Assembly (NCBI GenBank): GCA_964459345.1
Contig: CAYWMC010000001.1
Span: 1-35,027 of the forward strand
Length of the DNA stretch: 35,027 nucleotides
Source: an uncultured Klebsiella sp.
Lineage (GTDB): Bacteria > Pseudomonadota > Gammaproteobacteria > Pseudomonadales > Pseudohongiellaceae
Direction of reading: 5' to 3'
Each line of letters starts with the position of its first letter. Position 1 is the stretch's first letter. The translations under genes and the position numbers were made by a program. A model generated the notes under the pieces. The model was not told where the DNA came from and made no database searches. It worked only from the letters and a program-made list of their open reading frames with translations. Below, one piece after another: positions 12,353 to 23,031 of the stretch.

Positions 12353-12628
12353 TCAGGCTACATTCCCTGGCGCTTCTTCCTCTTCGTCCGCTGGCATATC
12401 GCCTGAGCCTTGTGTCGGAATCTTGACCGAGCGGGCGGGGACTACTGTGGAAATCGCGTGTTTGTAAACCATCTGATTCACTGCATTCTTCAGCAGTATC
12501 ACGAACTGGTCGAAGGATTCGATCTGCCCCTGCAGCTTGATGCCGCTGACCAGATAAATGGACACGGGGATTCGCTCCTTGCGAAGCACGTTCAAGAAAG
12601 GGTCTTGTAGAGAATGCCCTTTTGACAT
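12353..12628 (-). CDS. hfq: RNA chaperone Hfq
   Basis: [47 protein letters not shown] is the canonical Sm-like core. AAGGAG is upstream. Confidence 0.98.
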   Translation of the reverse strand: MSKGHSLQDPFLNVLRKERIPVSIYLVSGIKLQGQIESFDQFVILLKNAVNQMVYKHAISTVVPARSVKIPTQGSGDMPADEEEEAPGNVA

Positions 12629-12691
12629 TTACTTTCTCCTTGGTTTTTTGATTTGAGCTGGAATACCCAGCGGTTTGCGTCCAAACAGTCT

Positions 12692-13654
12692 CTATATTGC
12701 GATCCGATCAACAAACTTCAAGACCAGTTCGAGAGTCTCCGGGTTTTCGCTGTCAAAATCACGCAAATTTTCCCAACTGCGCAGCCACGTAATTTGCCTT
12801 TTCGCCAGTTGTCGTGTCGCAATGATACCTTGTTCCACCATGCCATCAAAGCTCAATTCTCCCTCGATGTACTGCCATACCTGGCGATATCCAACGGCTC
12901 TCATCGATGGCAGTGCGAGCGTGAGATCGCCACGCGCGCGCAGCCTTTGAACCTCATCCACCAACCCATCAGCAATCATTTTCAGGAAGCGCGCCGCTAT
13001 CCTGTCATGGAGTACGCCACGCGATCCCGGCTGGATCGACAGAAAATGCAAGTCGAATGGAATGTCGGCAAGGCCAGGCTCGGCACGACTCTCAAGGTGC
13101 CACTGTGTCATCGATTTGCCTGACACAAGGAAGATCTCCAGCGCACGTTGAAGGCGCTGTGGATCATTGGGATGAATGCGCGCAGCCGATTCCGGATCCA
13201 CTTCCTGCAACTGAGCATGGACATGGGCCCAGCCACTGGACTGCGCCATATCGGCGATGCGCTGCCGAACCAGAGCGTCTGCGCCAGGCATCTGCGCAAG
13301 ACCGTCGCGCAGCGCCTTGAAGTAAAGCATGGTGCCGCCCACCAGAAGCGGAATTCTGCCACTGCGCTGGATATCCGCCATCTCGCGCAGCGCATCGCTG
13401 CGAAACTGCGATGCAGAGTAAGCCAGTGCAGGATCCAGAAAATCGAGCAGACGATGCGGCGCCACCGCCAGTGTGGCTGCATCAGGCTTGCCAGTGCCGA
13501 TGTCCATGCCACGGTAGATCTGCGCGGAATCCACATTGATGATTTCGCAGGGCAGACGCTTGACGATTTCGATTGCCAGCGCGGTCTTGCCTGACGCGGT
13601 GGGTCCGAGCAGGCAGACTGCAGGATAGCGTAGCGTGTGGGCCGCTTCGTTCAT
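12692..13654 (-). CDS. miaA: tRNA dimethylallyltransferase
   Basis: It has the P-loop GPTASGKT and [16 protein letters not shown]. Confidence 0.95.
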   Translation of the reverse strand: MNEAAHTLRYPAVCLLGPTASGKTALAIEIVKRLPCEIINVDSAQIYRGMDIGTGKPDAATLAVAPHRLLDFLDPALAYSASQFRSDALREMADIQRSGRIPLLVGGTMLYFKALRDGLAQMPGADALVRQRIADMAQSSGWAHVHAQLQEVDPESAARIHPNDPQRLQRALEIFLVSGKSMTQWHLESRAEPGLADIPFDLHFLSIQPGSRGVLHDRIAARFLKMIADGLVDEVQRLRARGDLTLALPSMRAVGYRQVWQYIEGELSFDGMVEQGIIATRQLAKRQITWLRSWENLRDFDSENPETLELVLKFVDRIAI

Positions 13655-13663
13655 GTGGCCAGC

Positions 13664-15505
13664 CTACTGTCCACGCAGGAACAGTTTGTCCAGCTGGTCA
13701 AGGCTCTGCAGCACCCAGGTCGGGCGACCGTGATTGCATTGTCCACTGCGCTCCGTGCGCTCCATGTCACGCAGCAGCGCATTCATTTCCGCGATACTGA
13801 GCTGCCTGTTGGCGCGCACTGACCCATGACACGCCATCGTGGCAAGCAATTCGTCCTGATGATTGCGGATGCGCTCGCTGCTGCCGTGCTCCAGCACATC
13901 GGCCAGCACATCACGCACCAGTTGCTCGATATCGGCGCCCGCCAGGATGGTGGGCACCTGACGCACAACGATTGACTCCGTGGCCACCCGTTCCACGCCA
14001 AGCCCAAGTGCCAGCAATGCGTCTGCCTGATGTTCCGCACAGTCCGCTTCGGCCTGACTGACGGCGATGGACAGAGGCACCAGCAATGGCTGTGCGCGAA
14101 TGCCTTCGTGCTGCGCTGCCGCCTTCATGTGCTCATAGGTAATGCGCTCATGGGCAGCATGCATGTCAACGATGATCAGCCCCTGTCTGTTCTGCGCAAG
14201 GATGTAGATGCCGTGCAGCTGAGCGATGGCGAAACCCAAAGGGGGCACGTCATCGTCTTTGTGCAGCGCGGAGTAGACGGCCAGCTGATCAGCTACCTGT
14301 CCTGCAGACGCCGGTGACGACCAGGCGCCTGCAGATGCCCAGGGAGAGCTCAGGGGGACTCCTGCCTCTGGCGCCCCGAACTGCATGCGGTTCTGCACGG
14401 CTTCCGCATTGCCGAATACAGGGGCACGTGGCACCCAGGACTCCGGTTCCGCAGTCGCAAAACCCTGCGCCAGGCCCGCGGCCAGACGATCCTGCGGCCG
14501 CTGCTGTGCAAGCGCCTTGTGCAAGGCGCGAAACAGGAAGTCATGCACCAGGCGCCCGTCACGAAAGCGCACTTCATGCTTGGTTGGATGCACGTTCACA
14601 TCCACCAGTGCCGGCTGCAGTTCGAGATACAGCACAAACGCCGGGTGGCGACCGTGAAACAACACATCCTGATAGGCCTGCTTGACCGCATGGCTGACCA
14701 GTTTGTCGCGAATGATGCGGCCGTTCACATAGAAATACTGCAGATCGGCCTGGCTGCGCGAGAAGGTGGGCAGACTGACCCAGCCCCACAGGCGCAGTCC
14801 TGCCGCCTCGACATCCACGTGCAGAGAATTTTCGACAAAGGCCGGCCCGCACACGAGGGCCACGCGTCGCTGCATCTCCTGCATCGATTGCGCCGCCTGC
14901 AGGTGGTGAATCGCGCGTTGATTGTGGCGCAGCATGAAACTGACATCGAAGCGACTGAGCGCCAGACGCTTCACAACGTCGTCGATGCGCTCGAACTCTG
15001 TCTTCTCGGTGCGCAGGAATTTCTTGCGGGCAGGGGTGTTGAAGAACAGATCCCGTACCTCGACAGTGGTGCCTCGAGGATGCGCGGCTGGTGACACGGC
15101 GGCAGCCATCTCCTGCCCTTCTGCTTCCACCCGCCAGGCCGTCTCATCGACAGCACCACTGGCGCGGGACACAAGTTCAAGACGGGATACCGAGCAGATA
15201 CTCGCCAGCGCCTCGCCGCGAAAACCCAGGCTGGCGATATTCTCAAGGTCATCGAGATTGGCAATCTTGCTGGTGGCATGGCGGCTCAGGGCCAGACCCA
15301 GGTCATCCTTGTCGATTCCGGAGCCGTTGTCGCGAATGCGGATGAGCTTGGTGCCCCCCTGCTCGATATCGATCTCGACCCGGTCGGCACCCGCATCCAG
15401 ACAGTTCTCCAGCAGTTCCTTGACCACGGAGGCGGGTCGTTCGACAACTTCGCCGGCTGCGATCTGATTCGCCAGGCGCTGGCTGAGTAGAGCTATTCGT
15501 TTCAT
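13664..15505 (-). CDS. mutL: DNA mismatch repair endonuclease MutL
   Basis: [24 protein letters not shown] is the GHKL ATPase N-terminus. It has the MutL C-terminal dimerisation domain. Confidence 0.95.
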   Translation of the reverse strand: MKRIALLSQRLANQIAAGEVVERPASVVKELLENCLDAGADRVEIDIEQGGTKLIRIRDNGSGIDKDDLGLALSRHATSKIANLDDLENIASLGFRGEALASICSVSRLELVSRASGAVDETAWRVEAEGQEMAAAVSPAAHPRGTTVEVRDLFFNTPARKKFLRTEKTEFERIDDVVKRLALSRFDVSFMLRHNQRAIHHLQAAQSMQEMQRRVALVCGPAFVENSLHVDVEAAGLRLWGWVSLPTFSRSQADLQYFYVNGRIIRDKLVSHAVKQAYQDVLFHGRHPAFVLYLELQPALVDVNVHPTKHEVRFRDGRLVHDFLFRALHKALAQQRPQDRLAAGLAQGFATAEPESWVPRAPVFGNAEAVQNRMQFGAPEAGVPLSSPWASAGAWSSPASAGQVADQLAVYSALHKDDDVPPLGFAIAQLHGIYILAQNRQGLIIVDMHAAHERITYEHMKAAAQHEGIRAQPLLVPLSIAVSQAEADCAEHQADALLALGLGVERVATESIVVRQVPTILAGADIEQLVRDVLADVLEHGSSERIRNHQDELLATMACHGSVRANRQLSIAEMNALLRDMERTERSGQCNHGRPTWVLQSLDQLDKLFLRGQ

Positions 15506-15537
15506 GGAGAGTCGCAGGCCGCAGGCCGGAATTTCGC

Positions 15538-17145
15538 TCAGGGAGCGGGGATCGTCAGAACCTGCCCCACGTGAATGACATCGTTGCGCAGATCATTGGC
15601 GGCACGCAGGCTGGACAGACTGACACGGTAGCGCGCCGCAATGCCCGAGAGAGTATCACCCCGCTGCGCCTTGTGCTGCACCTCCGGCGCGTCCGGCAGG
15701 GAGAATCCGCCGGGAATGCGCAGTTCCTGACCGACATGAATGACGTCATTCTTCAGATTGTTGTGCTCGCGCAGCTCCCGTGTACTGACCCCGTTGCGCT
15801 GGGCGATGACCGACAGGCTGTCGCCGCGTCCGACCACGTGGGTGCCACCGATGCTGCCACTGCTGCTGACCGCGCGACTCTGACCGAAGTCCGGTTTGAT
15901 GTTGTTGGCCTTCTGCCAGGCCAGCAGTGTGTCCTCGGGCGGGCTGGCGACGAAGTAGTTCATCACGCCCTGCACGATCCCGTCAGCCAGACGTCGCTGA
16001 TAACTGGAAGAATTGAGCTTGCGCGCCTCGTCCGGATTGGACAGGTAGCCCGTTTCGATCAGCAACGAGGGGATGTCCGGCGAGCGCAGCACCCAGAGAT
16101 TGCCCTGCTGTGTCTTGTCGCGCCGCAACGTAGCCACACCCTTCAGGGAGTCCAGAATATGGCTGCCCGCGGTGATGCTCTGCTCGATGCTCCACGCCAT
16201 GGACAAGTCCAGCAGCGTGCGCGCCAGGTCATCCTCGATGTTGCGCAGACTGGTGTCCCCCGCAACGCCGCCCAGCAGATCTGCGCTGTTCTCCTTTTCC
16301 GCGACACGCCGGGAGTTTTCGTCTTCAGCAATTTTTTCGGAGAGCGCATACACCGTGACACCTTCCGCGCGGGAGGTGCTGTAGGAATCAGCATGGATCG
16401 ACAGGAAGATGTCCGCGCGCTGCTGCCGGGCAATCTGGGGGCGCCGCTGCAGCTGGACGGAGTAATCACCGTCGCGCACCATCACCGGCTGGAAACCGGG
16501 CACCGTCAGCAGGCGGTCGTATATCGCACGGGAAATGGCCAGAGCCACATCCTTCTCGCGGATCTTGCGGTCATAGGCCAGCGCTCCCGGGTCTTCTCCC
16601 CCATGTCCCGCATCAATCGCCACGATGATGTCGCGCTGGGCAGACACCGGAGCCTGCGGCGCTTCCACTGTCTGCGCTACTGCAGGCGCCTGTCCGGCTT
16701 CGTAGAGATCCACCACCAGCCGGTTCTTGTTCTCGGCATTGGCTTCCAGCGTAAAGCTGCTGGGATTGACGGTTCTGGCAAGATCGAGCACGAGACGCAC
16801 GTCTGTCTCATTGCGCACTGCACTGCGAATGCCGGTTACGGGACTGTCCTTGAAATCCAGCGCAGACAGGCTGGCGCTGACACGCGTGTTGCGGATGTCG
16901 ATCACGATGCGGGCAGGATTTTCCAGAGCGAAGACGCTGTACTGCGACAGCTCATCCATATCCAGCACAACGCGCGTGTAATCCGGGGCACTCCACAGGC
17001 GGACATCTTCGACTTCGGCCGCGGACAGGAGGGAAAGGGGTGCGCAGGTCAGCAGTGCCGACACGAGCAGCATGCGGCCAGCGCTGCGCAGGCTTGCCGC
17101 CAGGAGGAGTGCCCTGTTGCGTACGCAAAAAATTGTCAGTGCCAT
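15538..17145 (-). CDS. amiB: N-acetylmuramoyl-L-alanine amidase with C-terminal LysM repeats
   Basis: It has an AMIN domain, an Amidase_3 core ([12 protein letters not shown]) and two LysM repeats (H.V..GD(S/T)LS.IA). I prefer ATG 17145, which overlaps the tsaE stop as TGATG. The ORF-track start 17163 is the alternative. Confidence 0.85.
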   Translation of the reverse strand: MALTIFCVRNRALLLAASLRSAGRMLLVSALLTCAPLSLLSAAEVEDVRLWSAPDYTRVVLDMDELSQYSVFALENPARIVIDIRNTRVSASLSALDFKDSPVTGIRSAVRNETDVRLVLDLARTVNPSSFTLEANAENKNRLVVDLYEAGQAPAVAQTVEAPQAPVSAQRDIIVAIDAGHGGEDPGALAYDRKIREKDVALAISRAIYDRLLTVPGFQPVMVRDGDYSVQLQRRPQIARQQRADIFLSIHADSYSTSRAEGVTVYALSEKIAEDENSRRVAEKENSADLLGGVAGDTSLRNIEDDLARTLLDLSMAWSIEQSITAGSHILDSLKGVATLRRDKTQQGNLWVLRSPDIPSLLIETGYLSNPDEARKLNSSSYQRRLADGIVQGVMNYFVASPPEDTLLAWQKANNIKPDFGQSRAVSSSGSIGGTHVVGRGDSLSVIAQRNGVSTRELREHNNLKNDVIHVGQELRIPGGFSLPDAPEVQHKAQRGDTLSGIAARYRVSLSSLRAANDLRNDVIHVGQVLTIPAP

Positions 17146-17669
17146 CAAGGTCCAGCGTTCCATGTTGCAGTCATTTCAGTCAGTCGGCGCGCCATTTCGG
17201 CGCCTTTTGTCGAGCGCGCATGCCAGTGAATCAGTCGCCCCGGGCCGGCATTTTCAAGGGAGAGCTCCAGGTCTGGAGCAGGTAAAAACCCCCGGCCTTT
17301 CTCCGCCCACTCCACCACGCAAAGATTCACTTCTTCAAAATATTCCAAAACTCCAAGAAATTCAACTTCTTCCGGGGTGTTTATGCGATAAAGGTCGAAG
17401 TGATAGATCGAATACCTTGTCTCCTCATAGGGTTCCACCAAAGTGTAGGTAGGACTTTTGACAGCGCCCTGATGGCCATAGCCCCGCAACAAGCCCCGCG
17501 TCAGCGTGGTTTTGCCAGCCCCGAGGTCCCCCGATAGAAACAATCGCCCCCCCGTGCAGACGCGCTCCGGGCTGCCGTCTGCAGCGGGAGTACTGGTCAC
17601 CAGCGCGAGCAGGCGCCCCATCTCCACCGTGGCTTCCTCGTCGGCCAGATAGCATGCAGATCCGTTCAT
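17145..17669 (-). CDS. tsaE: tRNA t6A37 biosynthesis ATPase TsaE (YjeE)
   Basis: It has the GDLGAGKTTLTRGLL Walker A motif and YHFDLYR. Synteny nnr-tsaE-amiB supports the call. Confidence 0.9.
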   Translation of the reverse strand: MNGSACYLADEEATVEMGRLLALVTSTPAADGSPERVCTGGRLFLSGDLGAGKTTLTRGLLRGYGHQGAVKSPTYTLVEPYEETRYSIYHFDLYRINTPEEVEFLGVLEYFEEVNLCVVEWAEKGRGFLPAPDLELSLENAGPGRLIHWHARSTKGAEMARRLTEMTATWNAGP

Positions 17670-17678
17670 TGCGCCTCC

Positions 17679-19289
17679 TCAGCGTCTGTTCATCAAATGC
17701 CTGACATGAGGCAACAAGTCCGTGGCAAGCAGGCCACGTTCGCCGTCCTGTGCCGCTGCCAGATCGGCTGCCTCGCCGTGCAGACTCACTGCCAGACGCA
17801 AGGCATGCGGCGCTTCGATCCCCTGCGCGAGCAGGGCGCCAACGAGGCCGCTCAGCACATCTCCCATGCCCCCCGATGCCATGCCGGGATTGCCTTCGGT
17901 GCACAGCGCCACCTCCTGCTGTTCACCGCTGTCATGACAGACGAGACTGCCGATCCCTTTCAACAGGCAAACCCCGCCCCACTGCTTCTGCAACGCACGC
18001 ACCGCCGCGAACCGGTCTGCCTGTATCTGCGCCGTTGTGCTCCCAAGCATTCGTGCTGCCTCGCCAGGATGGGGAGTCAGTACCCACTGACGTTGATGCA
18101 CCCCGAGTGATTGCGCGCCCGCGGGGGTCATGGTCTGACGCTCTTCCAGGGCCGCAGACAGCAGATTGAGCGCATCTGCGTCCAGCACCAGGGGAGTGCG
18201 ATTGCCCGCCGCCGTGAGCACTTTTTGCAGCAGAACGCGCGACCAGGCCGATTTGCCGAGCCCCGGACCGATAACGACCGCGTCAGCTTTGCGCACATGG
18301 AATTCCAGTCCTTGCCAGTCACTGGCCTCGAGTGTCTCCAGTGCCTGCACCATGATTTCCGGCCGCCGTGCCAGTGCGGCAGCAACATGGGCAGCCCGGG
18401 TCAGCAGACTCACCGTCCCGGCCCCGGCGCGACAAGCCGCTTCCGCCGCCATCAGCGCTGCTCCACCGAAGCCCGTATCGCCGCCAATCACCAGCACGTG
18501 GCCATCATGACCCTTGTGGGCGCCGAGCGGCCGGGGCTGCAGGCGGGGCGATTCAGTGTGAATGTCGATGCGCACGCTGGCGGGGTTGCCTGCCACGCTT
18601 CCCGACAGGACGCGCTCTGGAATCGCCAGATCCTCCACCACAATCTCGCCTGCGTGCTCCGGCCCCTGCGCCGTCAGCAATCCCTGCTTGAGCCCGATGA
18701 AGCATACGGTCAGGGTGGCACGCACGGCGTCGTCCTGCACGGCGCCAGTGTCCGGACACAGTCCGGAGGGGATATCGACCGCGACCACGGGCACTGACAG
18801 CGCATTCATGTACTGCACGGCCTGCCTGAATGCCGGGCGCAGCGCGCCGTGCATTCCGATGCCAAGAAGGGCATCGATGACGACAGCGTCAGCACCCAGC
18901 CTTGTCTCCAGCAACCCGTTGTTCTCCGAGGCCATGGCCTCGCACGTCGCCCCGCTGGCCAGAGCCAGTGCACGAGCGCTGGCGGCATCCGGCCCGAGCT
19001 TCGCAACGTCCCCCACCTCCACCACATCGGCGCGCAGCCCCTCTGCCCTGGCAAGGGCAGCCAGCAGGTAGCCATCACCGGCATTGTTGCCAGAGCCGGC
19101 AAGCACCAGCAGTCGACGCACCTGGGGCCACCGGGTCTGCACCTGCAGCAGCAGCGCGGCGGCGGCCCGGGACATCAACTCGATGCCGGGAATGCCGCAC
19201 TCTTCGATAGCCTGGCGATCAAGTTCACGCACTTGCGCGGCGGTATAGAGCCTGCGGGGCAGGCGGGCCAGCCATTGCGATCTTTGCAC
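17679..19289 (-). CDS. nnr: Bifunctional NAD(P)H-hydrate repair enzyme (epimerase/dehydratase, YjeF)
   Basis: It has the YjeF_N domain (GSGNNAGDGY) and a carbohydrate-kinase-like C domain (GNPGMASGGMGDVLSG). Confidence 0.9.
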   Translation of the reverse strand: MQRSQWLARLPRRLYTAAQVRELDRQAIEECGIPGIELMSRAAAALLLQVQTRWPQVRRLLVLAGSGNNAGDGYLLAALARAEGLRADVVEVGDVAKLGPDAASARALALASGATCEAMASENNGLLETRLGADAVVIDALLGIGMHGALRPAFRQAVQYMNALSVPVVAVDIPSGLCPDTGAVQDDAVRATLTVCFIGLKQGLLTAQGPEHAGEIVVEDLAIPERVLSGSVAGNPASVRIDIHTESPRLQPRPLGAHKGHDGHVLVIGGDTGFGGAALMAAEAACRAGAGTVSLLTRAAHVAAALARRPEIMVQALETLEASDWQGLEFHVRKADAVVIGPGLGKSAWSRVLLQKVLTAAGNRTPLVLDADALNLLSAALEERQTMTPAGAQSLGVHQRQWVLTPHPGEAARMLGSTTAQIQADRFAAVRALQKQWGGVCLLKGIGSLVCHDSGEQQEVALCTEGNPGMASGGMGDVLSGLVGALLAQGIEAPHALRLAVSLHGEAADLAAAQDGERGLLATDLLPHVRHLMNRR

Positions 19290-19339
19290 GGGGAAATCCT
19301 CAGCGTGGCGGGGACTGTCAGCGGGCGCCTGTCTGGCGC

Positions 19340-19783
19340 TCAGTGGTCGAATTTGTGTATCAGGCGCCGCACCAGGTGCAAAGCCGTTTCCAGCTCTTCA
19401 ACAGGCACGTCTTCGGTATTCTCGATGGCCCACGGGTCCTGCACACTGCGCAGTGCCGTGTAGGCCTCCTGACCTGCATCGGTCAGACAGACAAGCACGG
19501 AACGCTTGTGGTCAGGATTGGGTTGATAGCGCAGCAGTCCATCCTCTTCCATCACGTCGCAGATGCGCTGCACTGCCTGCCGGGACTGCCCCAGGACTCT
19601 GGCGATGCCCGGAACCGTCATGCCCGAGTGTGCCAGCGCCACGACGCCAATCACCTTCCAGCGTGCGCTGGTCAGGCCCAGTGCTTCCGCCATGCGGTCT
19701 CCTTCGGACACCAGCAGGCCGTTCAAACGGAACAGTGACAGGACCAGGTCCAGAAAAAGTTTGCGCTTCGGGGAATGTGCCAC
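19340..19783 (-). CDS. MarR-family transcriptional regulator
   Basis: The winged-helix MarR pattern is present (LTSARWKVIGVVAL ... GIARVLGQSRQAVQRICDVMEEDGLL). I prefer GTG 19783 because AGGAGG lies 5 nt upstream. The ORF-track start is GTG 19798. Confidence 0.8.
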   Translation of the reverse strand: MAHSPKRKLFLDLVLSLFRLNGLLVSEGDRMAEALGLTSARWKVIGVVALAHSGMTVPGIARVLGQSRQAVQRICDVMEEDGLLRYQPNPDHKRSVLVCLTDAGQEAYTALRSVQDPWAIENTEDVPVEELETALHLVRRLIHKFDH

Positions 19784-19816
19784 GGCAGCCTCCTGCACTC
19801 AGAATGCACGTAAAGG

Positions 19817-19856
19817 CAGCATGCTGTCATTGCGGTCCTGTGCTGTCAATCTGACA
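19817..19856 (-). promoter_or_regulatory. Candidate marR promoter/operator
   Basis: There is a 10-bp perfect palindrome CAGCATGCTG (19817-19826). A second palindrome, TGTCA-ATC-TGACA, lies at 19844-19856. On the minus strand the second palindrome contains a perfect TTGACA -35 hexamer (19844-19849). TGCTGTCA is repeated at 19822 and 19841. Confidence 0.4.
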
Positions 19857-19873
19857 ACACTGAAGCCCTCGTC

Positions 19874-22099
19874 CTACTGTGGCAGATAACGATTGACCGG
19901 AGACGGCCCGAAGGACAGCCACGTCTGATTGCCGGTCTGATGGACACCAGGCTTCGACCAGTCACAAACCCCTTGTGCAAAGATCGTTTCAAGGCGACGT
20001 TTCTCGTCATCAGTGAAGCTCACTGTGTAGTCCTTGTAGTCGATGGGCTTGAGCTGGCACTTGAGCACATCGTTGCTCATGGGGCCACCGGCCACCAGGC
20101 GCAAACCAGCATGGGGCGGATACAAGGCGTTGCAGCGCGAACCAGTGTTGTCGAAGAGTCGGGCCTGGTCGTAAACAGCTTTCTCCACGATGCGCTCACC
20201 ATTCTCGGCAAAGCAGTCATCCTGCAGTGCAGCCGGACGCGCCTTGACGATTCTCTCCAGCATGCTCATTTCGGAACGATCAGCTTTCAGCGCCGCCAGC
20301 CATTCATCCATCAGCGCAAGATTCTCGTCAGCCAGTGACTGACTGGCAGGATGCCTGCGGATCACGTAATTGTCGGCGTGCCCGTTGTCCCGCTCCAGCC
20401 GGGCGCGCGTCGTGAAGGAGTACACGCTCGCATGAAAATTGCCTTCGTGGTCAAGATAGGGACGATCATCAATGATCGGCACCAGTGCCAGCCCGGCTGC
20501 CCCGCTGCTCACGCGGCCGGTTTCATACGCGATGCGGATGGCATCGTCGTCACCCACCATCCGCTCCGGAAGCGGGTTGAAGTCGATGTCCCAGCCGCCG
20601 AATTTTTCGTTGAGGTCCAGAAACAAGGTCGTATCGATCAGGCCTTCATTCAGTGCTGCAAGCCCGTACTGCACGCCGACGTTGTCATGGGGACTGACGG
20701 CGAACTCGCGACTGGCATTGATCTGCGCAAACAGCTTTTCACCGAAGATGTTGCGCATGCCGTCGTAAATGGAACACCGCACCCCTTCAGGGTTGCTCAC
20801 GGGATCGTAACGCGCGGGCACTGGAATCTCATCGGAGCAGCCATCCGGAGCAACACGGTCCGGTCGACTGCCCAATGACTCATCGCACAGATACCAGTTC
20901 GGCCAGCCGCCAAGGATGGCCTTGGTCTCGTCACTCAGGCCGCGCGCCGGATCATTCACGAACTGGCGCAGCGGTTGACTGCATTCCTGTGAATCCGTCA
21001 TGTAAGTCACGGCATCTGGAAATGTCATGCCGGGAATGATGCCGTCGAGAATGCCCGGGTAAGCACCGGCAATCAGCAGTTGCTGCATGGCACCGCCCGA
21101 GGCTCCATTGCCGATGGTATACACCGGCTCGCCGTACTGTTCGATGAAATGCTCCTTGAGCATCATCGCCGTCTCGGCGGACACCACATCGTTGCAGCCG
21201 CCCTGGGAATTCACGTTCAGCGTCGACGAGACCACGGCATAGCCTTTGCCGAGCATCGACGGACTGAGGACGCCCCCAGTGGCAGTCGCCTGGAAATAAC
21301 CCGGCTGACAGCCGCCTCCAAAGGTGTAGACGATGCGCTGGTTCCACGCTGCAGAGGGGCTCACAGCCGAAGGAGTGCCAGAAAGCGGATCATGCAGCAG
21401 CGCGATCTGATAGATCGCACGATTGAGGGTGCCCGTTTCCAGCCGGACGATGAACGGCACCTGGGTACCAGCCAGGGTGGTGGTCATTGCCAGGTCCGCA
21501 GGTCGCGGGCCCGCAGGATCCAGTGGCAGGAATCCGGACGTGTCCGCCGTGCTCCGATACACGTAGTCGATGCGCGTGGGCAGGGAACAGAATTCGTCCA
21601 GCGGGGTGTCATCCAGAAATTCCCCATTGCCAATGGCGAAGCGGCGCTTGCTGCCATCGGCCTCCGGGCTCAATTGTGCAAGACAGAAATAGGGCGTCTG
21701 ATGGGCGCCGGAAATGATCGGTCCGGTACGGGGGTAGTTGACCATGCTCAGTTGCGCCGCGCCTGTGCCGGAAAGCACCTGCAGGGTATTCTCGCCATCC
21801 ACCAGTCCGTCGAGCAGCACCCGATACTGGAACATGCCTCCCTGCTCGCCGACAGGCGTCAGGGCCGTCTGGACGGGTTCGCCATTGAGAAGCATGCTCA
21901 GTGCCGCTGCGCTTGCAACGCTGCTGCTGACTTCGATGAGTGCGTCGCCGCCGCTCAGAAGATGCGGTTGTCCGGAGATGACCTCCACGCCAATCTGCAC
22001 AGGCGTTTCGGGCCCGCAGGCTGCCAGCAGACAGGCCATGCCAGCGATGGAAAGGGGGGCTTTCAGGAAGGACTTTGTCATGATTGTTCTCATTGTCAT
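19874..22099 (-). CDS. Large lipoprotein, alpha/beta-hydrolase (tannase/feruloyl-esterase-like; I believe DUF6351-type)
   Basis: The 806-codon ORF is trimmed to the ATG cluster at 22099/22093/22081. That cluster precedes a lipobox signal (MTKSFLKAPLSIAGMACLLAAC). It has the GxSxG-type motif GNGASGGAMQQ and many Cys pairs. The C-terminal GVCDWSKPGV resembles that family as I remember it. Confidence 0.6.
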   Translation of the reverse strand: MTMRTIMTKSFLKAPLSIAGMACLLAACGPETPVQIGVEVISGQPHLLSGGDALIEVSSSVASAAALSMLLNGEPVQTALTPVGEQGGMFQYRVLLDGLVDGENTLQVLSGTGAAQLSMVNYPRTGPIISGAHQTPYFCLAQLSPEADGSKRRFAIGNGEFLDDTPLDEFCSLPTRIDYVYRSTADTSGFLPLDPAGPRPADLAMTTTLAGTQVPFIVRLETGTLNRAIYQIALLHDPLSGTPSAVSPSAAWNQRIVYTFGGGCQPGYFQATATGGVLSPSMLGKGYAVVSSTLNVNSQGGCNDVVSAETAMMLKEHFIEQYGEPVYTIGNGASGGAMQQLLIAGAYPGILDGIIPGMTFPDAVTYMTDSQECSQPLRQFVNDPARGLSDETKAILGGWPNWYLCDESLGSRPDRVAPDGCSDEIPVPARYDPVSNPEGVRCSIYDGMRNIFGEKLFAQINASREFAVSPHDNVGVQYGLAALNEGLIDTTLFLDLNEKFGGWDIDFNPLPERMVGDDDAIRIAYETGRVSSGAAGLALVPIIDDRPYLDHEGNFHASVYSFTTRARLERDNGHADNYVIRRHPASQSLADENLALMDEWLAALKADRSEMSMLERIVKARPAALQDDCFAENGERIVEKAVYDQARLFDNTGSRCNALYPPHAGLRLVAGGPMSNDVLKCQLKPIDYKDYTVSFTDDEKRRLETIFAQGVCDWSKPGVHQTGNQTWLSFGPSPVNRYLPQ

Positions 22100-22230
22100 T
22101 GCGGCTGTCTGCACGTGGAGGCGACTGTAAACCCAATGTTCGCCAACAGGCAAGCAGCCTGCCGCTGCCTTGCAATGGGGTCTGACGCAGGGTAGCTTAC
22201 GGGCTCTGACTCCTGAACTCGGAATCCTGC

Positions 22231-23031
22231 ATGTCAGATTCAATCCCTCTGGACAAAAGCCCCGGACGCTGTCTGCCCGCCCTGGTGGCGGCACTGTTGA
22301 TGGTGCTTGGCAGCCATAGTGCCGCGCAGCCGCTGGTCGACCCTTTCGTGCTGGAAACCCAGGACGTCGCCGGCGAGTTCGCCTTCGTGCGTCTGCAATA
22401 TGACAACTTCTACAGCGACGGCTTTCGCTCCGGCACCTGGCGCACCGACTTTCCCAGCGCCGACTCCAACTTCCTGCGCGGCGTGTCGCGACTGACCAAT
22501 GTGCGCGTCATGCGCGAACCGATAGTGCTGCGCTTCGATGACGACGAGATTTTCGACTACCCGTTCCTGTATGCCCTGGAAATGGGGCGCAATGGCGGAC
22601 CATGGTTCACGCCGGCAGAGCAGCAGAACATGCGGGAATATCTGTTGCGAGGTGGTTTTCTGCTGATCGATGACTTCTGGGGCACTCGACAGTGGGACAA
22701 TTTCTACCGTGCTTTCACAGAAGTGTTTCCTGACCGGCAGATCATCGAACTGCCGCCGGATCACGAGATATTCCGCAGCTATTACGATATCGACGGCCCG
22801 CAGATGATCCCTGTGATTGGCAACCCGGAGAACTACCCCGAACAGGATGTGGACAGGGCGACCAACCATGCCATTCTGGATGACGCGGGACGCGTGATGG
22901 TGCTGATCAACTGGAACTCGGACATGGGCGATGGCTGGGAACACACCTACGACCCCAGCTATCCGACACGGTATGCCAATCTGGCCTACCAGCTGGGCAT
23001 CAATTATCTGATCTATTCGCTGACCCATTGA
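22231..23031 (+). CDS. Exported DUF4159 domain protein (class-I glutamine-amidotransferase-like fold)
   Basis: It has a Sec signal. FAFVRLQYD, YPFLYALEMG, REYLLRGGFLLIDDFWG and DHEIF match my recollection of DUF4159. Confidence 0.7.
   Translation: MSDSIPLDKSPGRCLPALVAALLMVLGSHSAAQPLVDPFVLETQDVAGEFAFVRLQYDNFYSDGFRSGTWRTDFPSADSNFLRGVSRLTNVRVMREPIVLRFDDDEIFDYPFLYALEMGRNGGPWFTPAEQQNMREYLLRGGFLLIDDFWGTRQWDNFYRAFTEVFPDRQIIELPPDHEIFRSYYDIDGPQMIPVIGNPENYPEQDVDRATNHAILDDAGRVMVLINWNSDMGDGWEHTYDPSYPTRYANLAYQLGINYLIYSLTH

Noticed and set aside
17449-17458. Third occurrence of GTAGGACTTT, inside tsaE. It also shares AGGTAGGACTTT...CAGCGC with the copy B region.
   Set aside because: The partner block TTCAGAA is absent at the required spacing. 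The site is antisense within a coding region. My rough count says 10-12-mer repeats of this kind are expected by chance several times in 35 kb.
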